The notes under the pieces: generated by a model
Database searches by the model: none
What the model saw: the letters and a program-made list of their open reading frames with translations, nothing else
What the model was told of the DNA's origin: nothing
From: an uncultured cyanobacterium
GTDB lineage: Bacteria; Cyanobacteriota; Cyanobacteriia; Pseudanabaenales; Pseudanabaenaceae
Direction of reading: 5' to 3'
DNA: 64,000 nt
NCBI GenBank assembly: GCA_963703315.1
Contig: OY969811.1
Location: 288,001 to 352,000, forward strand
Shown here: in pieces, positions 11,787 to 21,115 of the stretch
Layout of the letters: each line of letters begins with the position of its first letter
How positions within the stretch are numbered: position 1 is the stretch's first letter
Made by a program: the position numbers and the translations under genes

Positions 11787-12092
11787 CTACCAGCTAGATT
11801 TAACTACACCGGGTAACAAACCTTGGTGAGCGAGATCTCTTAAAACGTTACGGCATAAGCCAAAATCTTTGTAATAGCCACGAGGACGACCAGTTAACCA
11901 GCAACGGTTGCGGTGACGGGTAGGGTTAGCATTACGAGGAATTTGTTGAATTTCGCGATGAATCGCGACTTTTTGTTGTTGTGTCAGTTCAGGACTGGCA
12001 AACTTTTCTTTAAGTGCTTCGAGTTTAGCTGCATACTTTTCAGCTAATTTAGCGCGTTTTTTTTCGCGCTCGATCATGCTTTTCTTAGCCAT
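11787..12092 (-). CDS. rpsN: 30S ribosomal protein S14
   Basis: [13 protein letters not shown]...[12 protein letters not shown]...LPGVVKSSW. Confidence 0.97.
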   Translation of the reverse strand: MAKKSMIEREKKRAKLAEKYAAKLEALKEKFASPELTQQQKVAIHREIQQIPRNANPTRHRNRCWLTGRPRGYYKDFGLCRNVLRDLAHQGLLPGVVKSSW

Positions 12093-12255
12093 TGCGGTTC
12101 TATCAGGTGATGTAGAGGTAAAAGTCTAAAAATTTAATACAATTCGCGACAGTTACCGATCATAACCTAAATAGTCAATTTATAGAGCATGATTTTTCAT
12201 TTCGCAAGTTTTTAAGCCAAGCGATCGACCTGATTAGACGAGACTGGATGCAAGA

Positions 12256-12367
12256 TATAGCTGTAGTCAGTTATATTAGGACAAAACTAAAACCCAAAAG
12301 AGAGTTGCGGCGCGAAGCGCCGCAACTCTCTTTTGGGTTTTTATATTTAATTGCGCCCAGCTACTTA
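12256..12367. repeat. Palindromic MITE-like element (25-bp perfect arms 12289-12341 plus conserved right end)
   Basis: Right end ttttatatttaattgcgcccagctactta is shared with copies at 27112-27215 and 44289-44398. Confidence 0.65.
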
Positions 12368-12446
12368 AGTAAAGCGTCCAAATGCACTAGTTTTTTACGA
12401 TAATTTGAGATTAGTATAATAAGTCAAAACAACAGTTATAAAAGCT

Positions 12447-12728
12447 ATGACTCATCAAACTGGTATTTTGGTTAGCGTGTCAGCAGATGGCAAATTGGAG
12501 ATCCCGCCAGAGTTACAGTCACAAATGGAGCCATTATCTAGATATGAAGTTCTTGTGACGAATAACGAGATCATTTTCAAAAGAGTATCTCAATCTTTAT
12601 CATGGGATGATTTATCGCAACGTATTGAAGCCGCAGGGATTGATCCAGAAGAGCCATCACTTCAAGAAATCAGTGACATCGTAAAAGATGTAAGAAAATC
12701 TCGCAGAGCTAGAAATGAATGCGCCTAG
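12447..12728 (+). CDS. Putative antitoxin (AbrB-like N-terminus)
   Basis: Small ORF overlapping a downstream PIN gene; VSADGKLEIP and SLQEISDIVKDVR motifs. Confidence 0.6.
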   Translation: MTHQTGILVSVSADGKLEIPPELQSQMEPLSRYEVLVTNNEIIFKRVSQSLSWDDLSQRIEAAGIDPEEPSLQEISDIVKDVRKSRRARNECA

Positions 12729-13141
12729 TTTTGGATGTTAATGTTTGGATCTCTGGATTGCTATGGGGTGGCAGTCCAAGACAAATTGTAAATTTGGCAA
12801 AAGCGGGACAAATAACAATCTTTGTCTCAGAGCCAATTTTGAGTGAGATAGCAGAAGTTTTAGATCGGGCAAAATTTCAGGCAAGAATGCGATCGCTAGA
12901 CATCACAACTGGTGATTTACTAAATATAGTGCATCAACTTTCAAAAAATTGTGTCCCCCTTTCAGTCAATGTCCCTCAATTGCGAGATCCTGATGATGCA
13001 ATGATTTTAGGAACAGCGATCGCCGCAAAAGCTATATTGATTGTTTCAGGGGATCTCGATCTATTAGTACTTAAAGAATTTGCAAATATTCCGATTCTGA
13101 CTCCAACCGATTTTTTGAATCAGCATCAGATGAATATTTAG
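12719..13141 (+). CDS. PIN-domain toxin
   Basis: MRLVLDVNVWISG, RDPDD, IVSGDLDLL. Confidence 0.85.
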   Translation: MRLVLDVNVWISGLLWGGSPRQIVNLAKAGQITIFVSEPILSEIAEVLDRAKFQARMRSLDITTGDLLNIVHQLSKNCVPLSVNVPQLRDPDDAMILGTAIAAKAILIVSGDLDLLVLKEFANIPILTPTDFLNQHQMNI

Positions 13142-13232
13142 AGCGATCGCTTAGTAAGACTGAAAAGGACGATATATGGCAATATAGGGGTTAACGACCA
13201 TCAGCCTAAAATCATTGACTACAATCTAACTT

Positions 13233-15689
13233 GTGTCGCTTGATATAAACCGTTTACAACAAGCCTTGAGTGTCGAGGCAGAGCGAGGCTTTTCCAATTT
13301 GCAGGGAAAGCAATTTTTGTTTGCGGATTTTTTAAATGTGAGCTTGCGGGAAGAGTTGCCTGAAGATTGGGAAATGAGCGATCGCCTTCAAGCCCAAACC
13401 CTTGCTAATCAATATGCTCAATATCGTGATTTATCCCTATCGCGCCGACAACATTTAGTCGCGGAGACGCGCCGACTGCTTTATGAAGTGCGTCGTCGGG
13501 AGATTGCGGAAACTGCTGCCGCACCTAAGCCCAAGAAACCGAAAACTGAGGCGATCGCCGCAACGCAACCCAAAACTACCAAGAAAATAACTCCTGATAC
13601 CGAATTAAAGGATCTCGAAGGGGTCGGTTCTTTCATGGCGCAAAGGTTTAAACTACTTGACCTCTATACAGTGCGCGATGTTCTTAGTTACTATCCTCGC
13701 GATCATATTGACTATGCGCGTCAGATTCCGATTCGTGATTTGAAGGATGGCGATACGGTGACGGTGATTGGCACGATTAAAAAGTTTGGCTGCTTCACTA
13801 GTCCCAAAAATCCCAATCTCACGATAGTGGAAATTATTCTGCGTGACTATACGGGGCAGATTAAACTGAGCCGCTTCTGGACAGGGAAACGCTATTCCAA
13901 TCGGGGTTGGCAAGAATCTCAGAAAAAGCTCTATCCTCAAGGTTGCACGATCGCCGCTTCAGGGGTGGTCAAACAGAGCAAATATGGTCTGACTTTAGAG
14001 AATTATGAAGTAGAAGTTCTGGAGCATACTCAAGATACAATTCAATCGAAAACTGTAGGGCGGGTTGTGCCAGTCTATCCCTTGACTGAAGGCGTTACTC
14101 CCGAAGCAATTCGTCGTTTGGTGGCGCAATGTCTACCCGCAGTGTCCCAAATTCGCGATCCCATGCCCGATCGCTTTTTGCATGATTACAAAATGATGCC
14201 CTTAGCACAGGCGATCGCCCAAGTGCATTATCCCGATACCAGCGAAACTTTAGAGCAATCAGTAATTCGGCTGACCTTTGATAAATATTTCTATCGGCGT
14301 TTGGTTTCCCTTTATCGGCGGCAACAGCAAAAAGCGATTCAGTTTGTGCCGCAAAGTCAAGCGATCGCCCAACTAGAAAAGATTCTTCCCTTTGAATTAA
14401 CCAATGCTCAAAAACGGGTGGTTGCTGAAATTCGGGCTGACCTACAAGGGCAAACACCGATGAACCGATTGGTGCAAGGCGATGTTGGCTCAGGCAAAAC
14501 GATTGTGGCGGTATATGCTCTGTTAACGGCGATCGAGGCGGGCTATCAAACAGCACTGATGGCTCCGACGGAAGTTCTCACAGAGCAGCATTATCGCAAA
14601 ATTGTGGAATGGTTTATGCAGCTAAATTTGCCAGTGGAAATCTTGACTGGTTCTACGAAAACTGCAAAACGCCGCGAAATTTTACGACAATTAGAAACAG
14701 GTGAACTACCCCTAGTAATTGGAACCCATGCCTTAATTCAAGATGGAGTCAACTTCGCAAGATTAGGACTAGCGGTAATCGATGAGCAGCATCGTTTTGG
14801 CAGAGATCAGCGATCGCGACTTTTGCAAAAAGGCAATGACCCTCATGTGCTGATCATGACTGCTACGCCAATTCCACGCACGCTCTATCTCACTAATTCC
14901 GAAATTGAAGTTAGCATTATTGATGAACTTCCCCCTGGACGTAAACCAATTCAAACTGTTCTGCTCAAGCCTTCTCAACGCAAAGATGCTTTCGATTTAA
15001 TTCGCCGTGAAATTGCCCAAAATCGTCAAGCATATATCGTTTTTCCTTTGGTAGAAGAATCGGAGAAAATGGAAGATATCAAAGCCGCCACCCAAGAGCG
15101 TGAACATTTGCAAAATGTAGTATTCCCTAACTTCCAAATTGGTTTACTCCATGGTCAAATGTCTTCCGCCGAAAAAGATGAAGCAATTAATACTTTCCGT
15201 AGAGGCGAAACCCAAATTCTGGTCGCAACAACAGTCATCGAAGTTGGTGTGGATATTCCCAATGCCTCAGTGATGCTGATTGAACACGCCGATCGCTTTG
15301 GGCTAGCACAGCTTCACCAATTACGGGGTAGAGTTGGACGTGGTGCATCCCAGTCCTATTGTCTCTTATTAAGTAGTTCCAAGTCACAAACTTCTCAAGA
15401 GCGATTACAGGTTCTCGAACAGTCACAGGATGGATTTTTTATTGCAGAACGCGACTTCCAAATGCGCGGGAAGGGAAAAGATGAAGGCACGGAACAGTCT
15501 GGTCATGCAGGTTTCTCGATCGAAGATCGTCTGCCCGATGAAGCGGCTCGTCAAGAGATCTTCCAAATTGCCCGTGAAGCTGCGGAACGGATTATCAAGA
15601 AAGATCCAACTTTGGAGCATTTTCCTGCTTTAAAAGCTGAATTTGAAATGCATTATCAACGCTTACAAGGTGGCGCTATTTTTACTTAA
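13233..15689 (+). CDS. recG: ATP-dependent DNA helicase RecG
   Basis: QGDVGSGKT, DEQH, TATPIPRT, QLRGRVGRG; wedge domain. Confidence 0.92.
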   Translation: MSLDINRLQQALSVEAERGFSNLQGKQFLFADFLNVSLREELPEDWEMSDRLQAQTLANQYAQYRDLSLSRRQHLVAETRRLLYEVRRREIAETAAAPKPKKPKTEAIAATQPKTTKKITPDTELKDLEGVGSFMAQRFKLLDLYTVRDVLSYYPRDHIDYARQIPIRDLKDGDTVTVIGTIKKFGCFTSPKNPNLTIVEIILRDYTGQIKLSRFWTGKRYSNRGWQESQKKLYPQGCTIAASGVVKQSKYGLTLENYEVEVLEHTQDTIQSKTVGRVVPVYPLTEGVTPEAIRRLVAQCLPAVSQIRDPMPDRFLHDYKMMPLAQAIAQVHYPDTSETLEQSVIRLTFDKYFYRRLVSLYRRQQQKAIQFVPQSQAIAQLEKILPFELTNAQKRVVAEIRADLQGQTPMNRLVQGDVGSGKTIVAVYALLTAIEAGYQTALMAPTEVLTEQHYRKIVEWFMQLNLPVEILTGSTKTAKRREILRQLETGELPLVIGTHALIQDGVNFARLGLAVIDEQHRFGRDQRSRLLQKGNDPHVLIMTATPIPRTLYLTNSEIEVSIIDELPPGRKPIQTVLLKPSQRKDAFDLIRREIAQNRQAYIVFPLVEESEKMEDIKAATQEREHLQNVVFPNFQIGLLHGQMSSAEKDEAINTFRRGETQILVATTVIEVGVDIPNASVMLIEHADRFGLAQLHQLRGRVGRGASQSYCLLLSSSKSQTSQERLQVLEQSQDGFFIAERDFQMRGKGKDEGTEQSGHAGFSIEDRLPDEAARQEIFQIAREAAERIIKKDPTLEHFPALKAEFEMHYQRLQGGAIFT

Positions 15690-15755
15690 ATTGTGATAAC
15701 AAATGCTCAAAAATTTTATTGATCTTTATGATCCGTAGTGGCTCTAATGCGATCG

Positions 15756-17729
15756 CTATTTTCTACTCATATCCACCAATTTCGACAACGCATTTTTAAA
15801 GTCATCGTCTTCTAATTCTACGATTTCATACTGAGCTTCGGAAGGGAAGAAATTACCGAGTGCTTTTTGCAAGGTGGGATCTACGGTCATCACTGGCATA
15901 AATTGCTCACCGATCGCTACTCTTAGCATTTCGCTGTTGTGATAGAAGTATTCTTGCAGTAGGGGAATGATGCGGTGATACCAAGTAAATCGCAGGTCTT
16001 CGAGTGTTTCAACATTCATGAAGTAGCTATGCCCAATTTGGTAATCGCGTCCGATGAGGAGGGTAATGCGTTTGTTGAGTTGGATGAGCAGTTGATCTAG
16101 TTTGATGCCATCAATAATTTTCTCTTTAAGCAGTTCGGGGGCGGGTTTGAGTTCGATAAAGGTAAATCGGCGGCGGAGGGCAATGTCTAATAGGGCGATC
16201 GAGCGATCGCTTGTGTTCATTGTTCCTAATATATAGAGATTTTTCGGTACGCCAAATTCTTCTTGGGAGTAAGGCAAGGTAACTTTTAATTCGTTACGCG
16301 CTCCAATCCTTTTGTCATCTTCAATCAGGGTAATCAATTCACCAAAAACTTTAGCAATATTTGCTCTGTTGATTTCGTCAATGATAATTAAATATTTATT
16401 ATCAGGATCTAATTCTGCCTGTCTACAGATTTGTTTAAACACACCATCAACTACTTTGTAACTAACTTCATTTAATTCATTAGTTAAGGGTTTAATTCCT
16501 TCTACAAATTCTTCATAAGCAAAGGATTGGTGAAAGGTAACAAACTTTAGATATTTTGATATATCTGCAACAATTCCTGTAGATTCCTTGAGGTTTTGGA
16601 GTTGTTCAGACAAATTTTCTTCGATATACTCTCTACCCAAATCAGTTAAAAACCAATCTCCATTTTTTGTCTTCTCAAATAAATATGGAGGTTGCCTTTT
16701 TGAAATTCCATACTTTACTGTCTCAACAGAAACGTCTGTATGTATTTGCAGCATTGCATGAATCATATTACTCAATTTCTGAGTCTTAGTTGTCTTCCAA
16801 AAAGCATTAACTAAATCATCTTTAACAAGTTCAGTAACTTTGAATAATTTATCTTTTTTATAATTGACATACATTGCAAATGCGATCGCTTCATGCCACG
16901 TCAAACCTTTGACTGCATCTTGTCTTCGTTGCTCTGGAGTTATGGGAGATTGTAATTGTTTGGACAAAAATAATTTTGCAAATTGACTTACCGTATGGGT
17001 TTTGCCCGTACCAGGTGAACCGTAAAGAATTAGGTTTTTGCATTTTTGGAAATAATCAGTCAAATCATATTTATGTGTCATATCCGTATTATGATTGTCA
17101 AAATTTTTTTGATCACTTACTAATGGTAAAAAACTATATAGAAAGTCAGCAATTTGATGAGTATTCAATTCCTGAAATTCTTGAAAACTCTTTATATGAT
17201 CAAGCAATTTAAGGTTGTTTCTACAAATACTATATCCGTTAAATTTTCCAAAATATTTGAAATATTGTAAATAGCACAATATTATTTCCACCTTAGTTAT
17301 TGGCAGAAAATATTTTGGGAAATATAAATAGAGTAATCGTATTTTTAAACGATGATTTTTATCAAAATATTGGTTCGCAATCGCATCTAAACCATTTCTA
17401 GAATTGCTATTGAATTTATCAATTAAATTAATCAATCCCAACTTGATTTTTTCAAACTTTTCTATTCCTTTGACTTCATCTGAAGAATCTAAATCTTTGA
17501 ATTTAAATGATTGTTCTAAAACTACTGTTTTAGATGTTAGCCAGTAAAGCATTCCATCAGATGGATCTATAAAATCTTTATAAGTGATGTCAAGCAATTT
17601 ATCTGCTGGAAATTTCCTGATAAATTCCTGCCGTAACAATAATATTTTCTGGGATTCTAATTTAGAAGATTCTTGTTTTGTCTCTTTCCATTCCTGAAGT
17701 GCAATCCGCCAATCTTGATTAGAACTCAT
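15756..17729 (-). CDS. mcrB: McrB-family AAA+ GTPase
   Basis: GSPGTGKT, VTFHQSFAYEEFVEG, IIIDEINRAN, MNTSDRS, ALRRRF, IGHSYF. Confidence 0.88.
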   Translation of the reverse strand: MSSNQDWRIALQEWKETKQESSKLESQKILLLRQEFIRKFPADKLLDITYKDFIDPSDGMLYWLTSKTVVLEQSFKFKDLDSSDEVKGIEKFEKIKLGLINLIDKFNSNSRNGLDAIANQYFDKNHRLKIRLLYLYFPKYFLPITKVEIILCYLQYFKYFGKFNGYSICRNNLKLLDHIKSFQEFQELNTHQIADFLYSFLPLVSDQKNFDNHNTDMTHKYDLTDYFQKCKNLILYGSPGTGKTHTVSQFAKLFLSKQLQSPITPEQRRQDAVKGLTWHEAIAFAMYVNYKKDKLFKVTELVKDDLVNAFWKTTKTQKLSNMIHAMLQIHTDVSVETVKYGISKRQPPYLFEKTKNGDWFLTDLGREYIEENLSEQLQNLKESTGIVADISKYLKFVTFHQSFAYEEFVEGIKPLTNELNEVSYKVVDGVFKQICRQAELDPDNKYLIIIDEINRANIAKVFGELITLIEDDKRIGARNELKVTLPYSQEEFGVPKNLYILGTMNTSDRSIALLDIALRRRFTFIELKPAPELLKEKIIDGIKLDQLLIQLNKRITLLIGRDYQIGHSYFMNVETLEDLRFTWYHRIIPLLQEYFYHNSEMLRVAIGEQFMPVMTVDPTLQKALGNFFPSEAQYEIVELEDDDFKNALSKLVDMSRK

Positions 17730-17804
17730 ACATTTTCTTGATAATATCCAAAATTATTCTTGAGTTTTTTACCAGCTTGCTATATCTAATATTGAGATGC
17801 TTTA

Positions 17805-18167
17805 CTAACTCCAAATCCATTGATTGAGAATTACAAACTGATTCTCTAAGTTATATCCTGACATCTCAAGATTAGCGATCGCCTTAGCAATAGACTGATA
17901 ACTCATATTTTTTGAGGTGTCTGAGTTCTGATAAACAGCTAAAATACCCTCATGAATTAGGTTAACTTGATGTAATTCAAGGAAATCATCGCAATTTCTA
18001 GTCAGTATTACTCGTTTATACTGCCTTGCATAGTCAAATACAGCACTATCTGGCAAACCTCCTAAACCTATTTCATTGACTGTAAACACATCATGCCCCA
18101 CTCCACACAACAAATTCACTAAATATTTCGACTGAGAATCTTCATCAAGCAGCAACTTTAGGCTCAA
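17805..18167 (-). CDS. DUF5615 PIN-like toxin
   Basis: LKLLLDED, D..VF.YA...RVILTRNCDDF; overlaps the upstream DUF433-like gene. Confidence 0.8.
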   Translation of the reverse strand: MSLKLLLDEDSQSKYLVNLLCGVGHDVFTVNEIGLGGLPDSAVFDYARQYKRVILTRNCDDFLELHQVNLIHEGILAVYQNSDTSKNMSYQSIAKAIANLEMSGYNLENQFVILNQWIWS

Positions 18168-18528
18168 AGGAAACTCCTTTCTCTACTAAATGGTAACGCT
18201 CCTCATCAGCCTCTAACTTCAACAAATCTTGATGACTTTCACAATAGCGAACAACCTCATCAATTGTATCTAAAGGCAAATTCCAATTATCAGCAGCTTC
18301 TTCAACTGACATTTTATTAGCTATCATGTCTTGCCAAATAGTCGAAGCAAGTAGTTTTTGTCCCTTAACATATAACTGTTTTCGCCAAGCATGATTCCGT
18401 TTTGCTAAATATTGCCAATCATCAATCTCAACCTGATTTTGCAACGACTGAACTAGCGCCGCAATAAGATCAAGGCGATCGCCTTTTGACAATTTATAAG
18501 CTTGTTCCTTAAGTTCTTGCAGCAACAT
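18145..18528 (-). CDS. DUF433-like HTH antitoxin
   Basis: WRKQLYVKG, M(S)VEEAADNWNLPL..I.E...Y; paired with DUF5615. Confidence 0.65.
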   Translation of the reverse strand: MLLQELKEQAYKLSKGDRLDLIAALVQSLQNQVEIDDWQYLAKRNHAWRKQLYVKGQKLLASTIWQDMIANKMSVEEAADNWNLPLDTIDEVVRYCESHQDLLKLEADEERYHLVEKGVSFEPKVAA

Positions 18529-18647
18529 GGTGAATGCTCCTAAACAATACCAAATTATATTCTAATGCATATTTAGAGACTGACAAGAACCAATTTAAGG
18601 ATAAAATGCAATGCGCTAATCTGAATGATAACAGCCCTAAATAGTTC

Positions 18648-18989
18648 TTAAATTAACGAATCTTTTTTATAAAAAACAATACCAACCCGATTTATATGAT
18701 CGACTAAATTAAGATTGTCAATATCCTTGAAAATCGATATATCAAAAGAATAAGGCAAAAACAAATCATCAATATCTAACTCAATACTACTTAAATGTGA
18801 ATAACTAAGTTCATCACCAATCAAAGTCAAATCAATATCCGAACCATTGCGGTAATTCCCCTTAGCGCGTGAACCATATAATAATACTTTTTCGATTTTA
18901 GGATATTTTGCAAATACAGAAATAATCTCGTTAATGGTTGATTCCTTTAGACCAAATCGCTTGACAGTTTCATCAGTTTGCATCATCAC
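18648..18989 (-). CDS. Minimal nucleotidyltransferase (MNT antitoxin)
   Basis: LYGSRAKG..RNGSDIDL. Confidence 0.85.
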   Translation of the reverse strand: MMMQTDETVKRFGLKESTINEIISVFAKYPKIEKVLLYGSRAKGNYRNGSDIDLTLIGDELSYSHLSSIELDIDDLFLPYSFDISIFKDIDNLNLVDHINRVGIVFYKKDSLI

Positions 18990-19383
18990 TTAATTCCTGC
19001 ATCTTTTTACCTAACTCTACAAACAAAGCAAAAAATCTTGTCTGGATATTCGTAATAATTGCCTCAGCCGTAGCTTCATTATAAGTATGCACCGTCTGAT
19101 TACGATCCTTAATCATATCCATCCAACTTTCCCCATCCTCAATCAATCCCACCTTAAAAGCAGCTCTCACCGAATCCTTAGAACCAGTAATATTTTGGAT
19201 ACCTTGATCCTGTAAATAATCTTTTAATACATTCCATGCTAATTCATGGGTATATTCAAAAGCTTGTATTAATCCCTGCTGTTCCAGTTCATTCAACTCA
19301 CCTTTGTCAATAAACTTAGTTAACTGCACTAATGCTTTTTTATAGTTGGAAAATCTCTGCTTCCAGCGAATATCTTCATTCAT
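18973..19383 (-). CDS. HI0074-family HEPN protein (nucleotidyltransferase substrate-binding)
   Basis: RWKQRF, GLIQAFEYTHELAW, R-x4-H motif RNQTVHTY. Confidence 0.85.
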   Translation of the reverse strand: MNEDIRWKQRFSNYKKALVQLTKFIDKGELNELEQQGLIQAFEYTHELAWNVLKDYLQDQGIQNITGSKDSVRAAFKVGLIEDGESWMDMIKDRNQTVHTYNEATAEAIITNIQTRFFALFVELGKKMQELSDDAN

Positions 19384-19410
19384 AATTATTACAATTACCT
19401 TTGACTACAC

Positions 19411-20697
19411 TTACTCAAAAAGTACTTTCAACCGCTTTATTAGCTTATCACGCTCCTCCTGCTTGCTCAAATCACCACAAAGATCAATCGTCGCCGCCGT
19501 AATCGTCCCGCCTTCTATATCAAACCTAGCTCTAAGCTCTGACATCCCCACCACCTGTGGATAAATCAGCAACACATTCGGACAGTTGTAGCGTTGAGCA
19601 TAGGCATACATTTGATAAAAATCTGCCTGTGAAACACCCAACTTGCGATCGCCTTCCTTTAATCTCTTATACTTCGTATCCATAATCAAAGGGAAACTTC
19701 TATTTTGACGTATTACCAAATCGGGCTTTAAGTGGAATACGCGCTTACCTTCTGTAGTCGCAAGGTATTTTGGCTCATGGTGAGACTGTGGCAACAATTC
19801 ACAATCTTGTAGCTCTATTGGTAAAATTTCCTGACGATGGCGATCGATAAAGGCGATTACGAACTCCTCAAAAAGCTTATTCATATCCAAAGCAAAGGCA
19901 AAAGTCTGGAAATTGCCACTGGATAATTGCAAACTCTCATTTTCTAGAAACAAACGCGTCAGATTTAAAAGTGGCTCAAAGCGTTGGTTTAAGCGCGTAA
20001 TTGGAATTAATCGCAAATCTTCAACATTCACCTTTGGCAATAAAGTTACTTCTTCCATCCATTGCTGCAACTCATGCAACATTTGTCGATTATGGAAATT
20101 GCGCGTTAACTGATACAGCCGCTCCACCACATAGCGTAAAACCCGATTCAGTTGATTGTCCGCCGTAAATTCATCAAAAGTCACAGCGAACAAATGCTTA
20201 CGTTCAGGACGACGTAGCTGCTCTGTTAAGTTCCATTTGCCTTTGAGAACTGGTAAAGTATCACTCACAGCTTGGTAATTCCGAAAAGCGCCCCTTTGCC
20301 ACTCTTCCAAAAGATTCATTGCAAACAAGCGTGTCAAAATCTCAAACCAATCGAGATCCTGTTGACATAGAGAAGCCAGAGAATATTGCTTAACACTCAA
20401 CTGGTGAGTATATTCCAACATATACAGCAAATTCCGCACTGCTTCTTGCTTTTGTGTTGCCACATCAGATGAGCGATACATTTTCGGTAAAACTTCGACG
20501 GTGCGATCGCCTAATCGAAATACACCCACATATTGCCGCGCTTTTAGCTCCCGATCGCCATTGTAGATAGTCAAGTCAAACAAGCGATCGCCAAGTATTT
20601 TTTCTAACTTAGTGATCGCCTCTTGCTCTCGATCTGTCCAATTAAAACCACTGCTCAATTCGTATTCAAATAAGGATAGTTCCACAAATTTTTGCAA
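19411..20697 (-). CDS. mcrC: McrC-family restriction subunit
   Basis: YVGVF...VEVLPK, DNQLN, DMNKLFEEF, KPD..MDTKYK, DFYQMYAY. Confidence 0.88.
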   Translation of the reverse strand: MQKFVELSLFEYELSSGFNWTDREQEAITKLEKILGDRLFDLTIYNGDRELKARQYVGVFRLGDRTVEVLPKMYRSSDVATQKQEAVRNLLYMLEYTHQLSVKQYSLASLCQQDLDWFEILTRLFAMNLLEEWQRGAFRNYQAVSDTLPVLKGKWNLTEQLRRPERKHLFAVTFDEFTADNQLNRVLRYVVERLYQLTRNFHNRQMLHELQQWMEEVTLLPKVNVEDLRLIPITRLNQRFEPLLNLTRLFLENESLQLSSGNFQTFAFALDMNKLFEEFVIAFIDRHRQEILPIELQDCELLPQSHHEPKYLATTEGKRVFHLKPDLVIRQNRSFPLIMDTKYKRLKEGDRKLGVSQADFYQMYAYAQRYNCPNVLLIYPQVVGMSELRARFDIEGGTITAATIDLCGDLSKQEERDKLIKRLKVLFE

Positions 20698-20713
20698 GTT
20701 ATTTTAATACAGA

Positions 20714-21115
20714 TTACGAAGCTTTAGATTTTGCCTCGATCGCCTCAAGCCGACTTTTAAGCTCCTGATTATTTTTGCGAACTTGATCGAGTTCCTCGCG
20801 CAATTGTTTTAGCCCTGCATCCTTACCGATCGCCTTTTGGACTCGTTGAATAGCTTCATCAGCAGCACGGCGGACTCTGCCATCAGGCGTGGAATCAGAC
20901 AGCGATCGCAATACGCCAATTGCACCAGCATTGTCAATTTGTCCCAAGGCGACAACGGTAGATAGTTGAGTTAAAAAGAACGTCTCTTGAGAGATTACCT
21001 TTAAACGATTGAGAACCTGCCCCATTTTCGGTTTGGTTTGGGATTTACCGATTGCTCCTAACGCTCTAATCGCAGCAAGGCGCAAAGGTTGTGATACATC
21101 AGGTTCCGTATATTT
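20714..21115 (-). pseudogene. pepN: Orphan 3' fragment of cyanobacterial M1 aminopeptidase (HEAT repeats + coiled-coil tail)
   Basis: QPLRLAAIRALG, ETFFLTQ, TPDGRVRR.A.EA.Q.VQ, LREELDQ..K.NQELKSRL match the PepN C-terminus from recall; no peptidase domain and no credible start. Confidence 0.65.
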
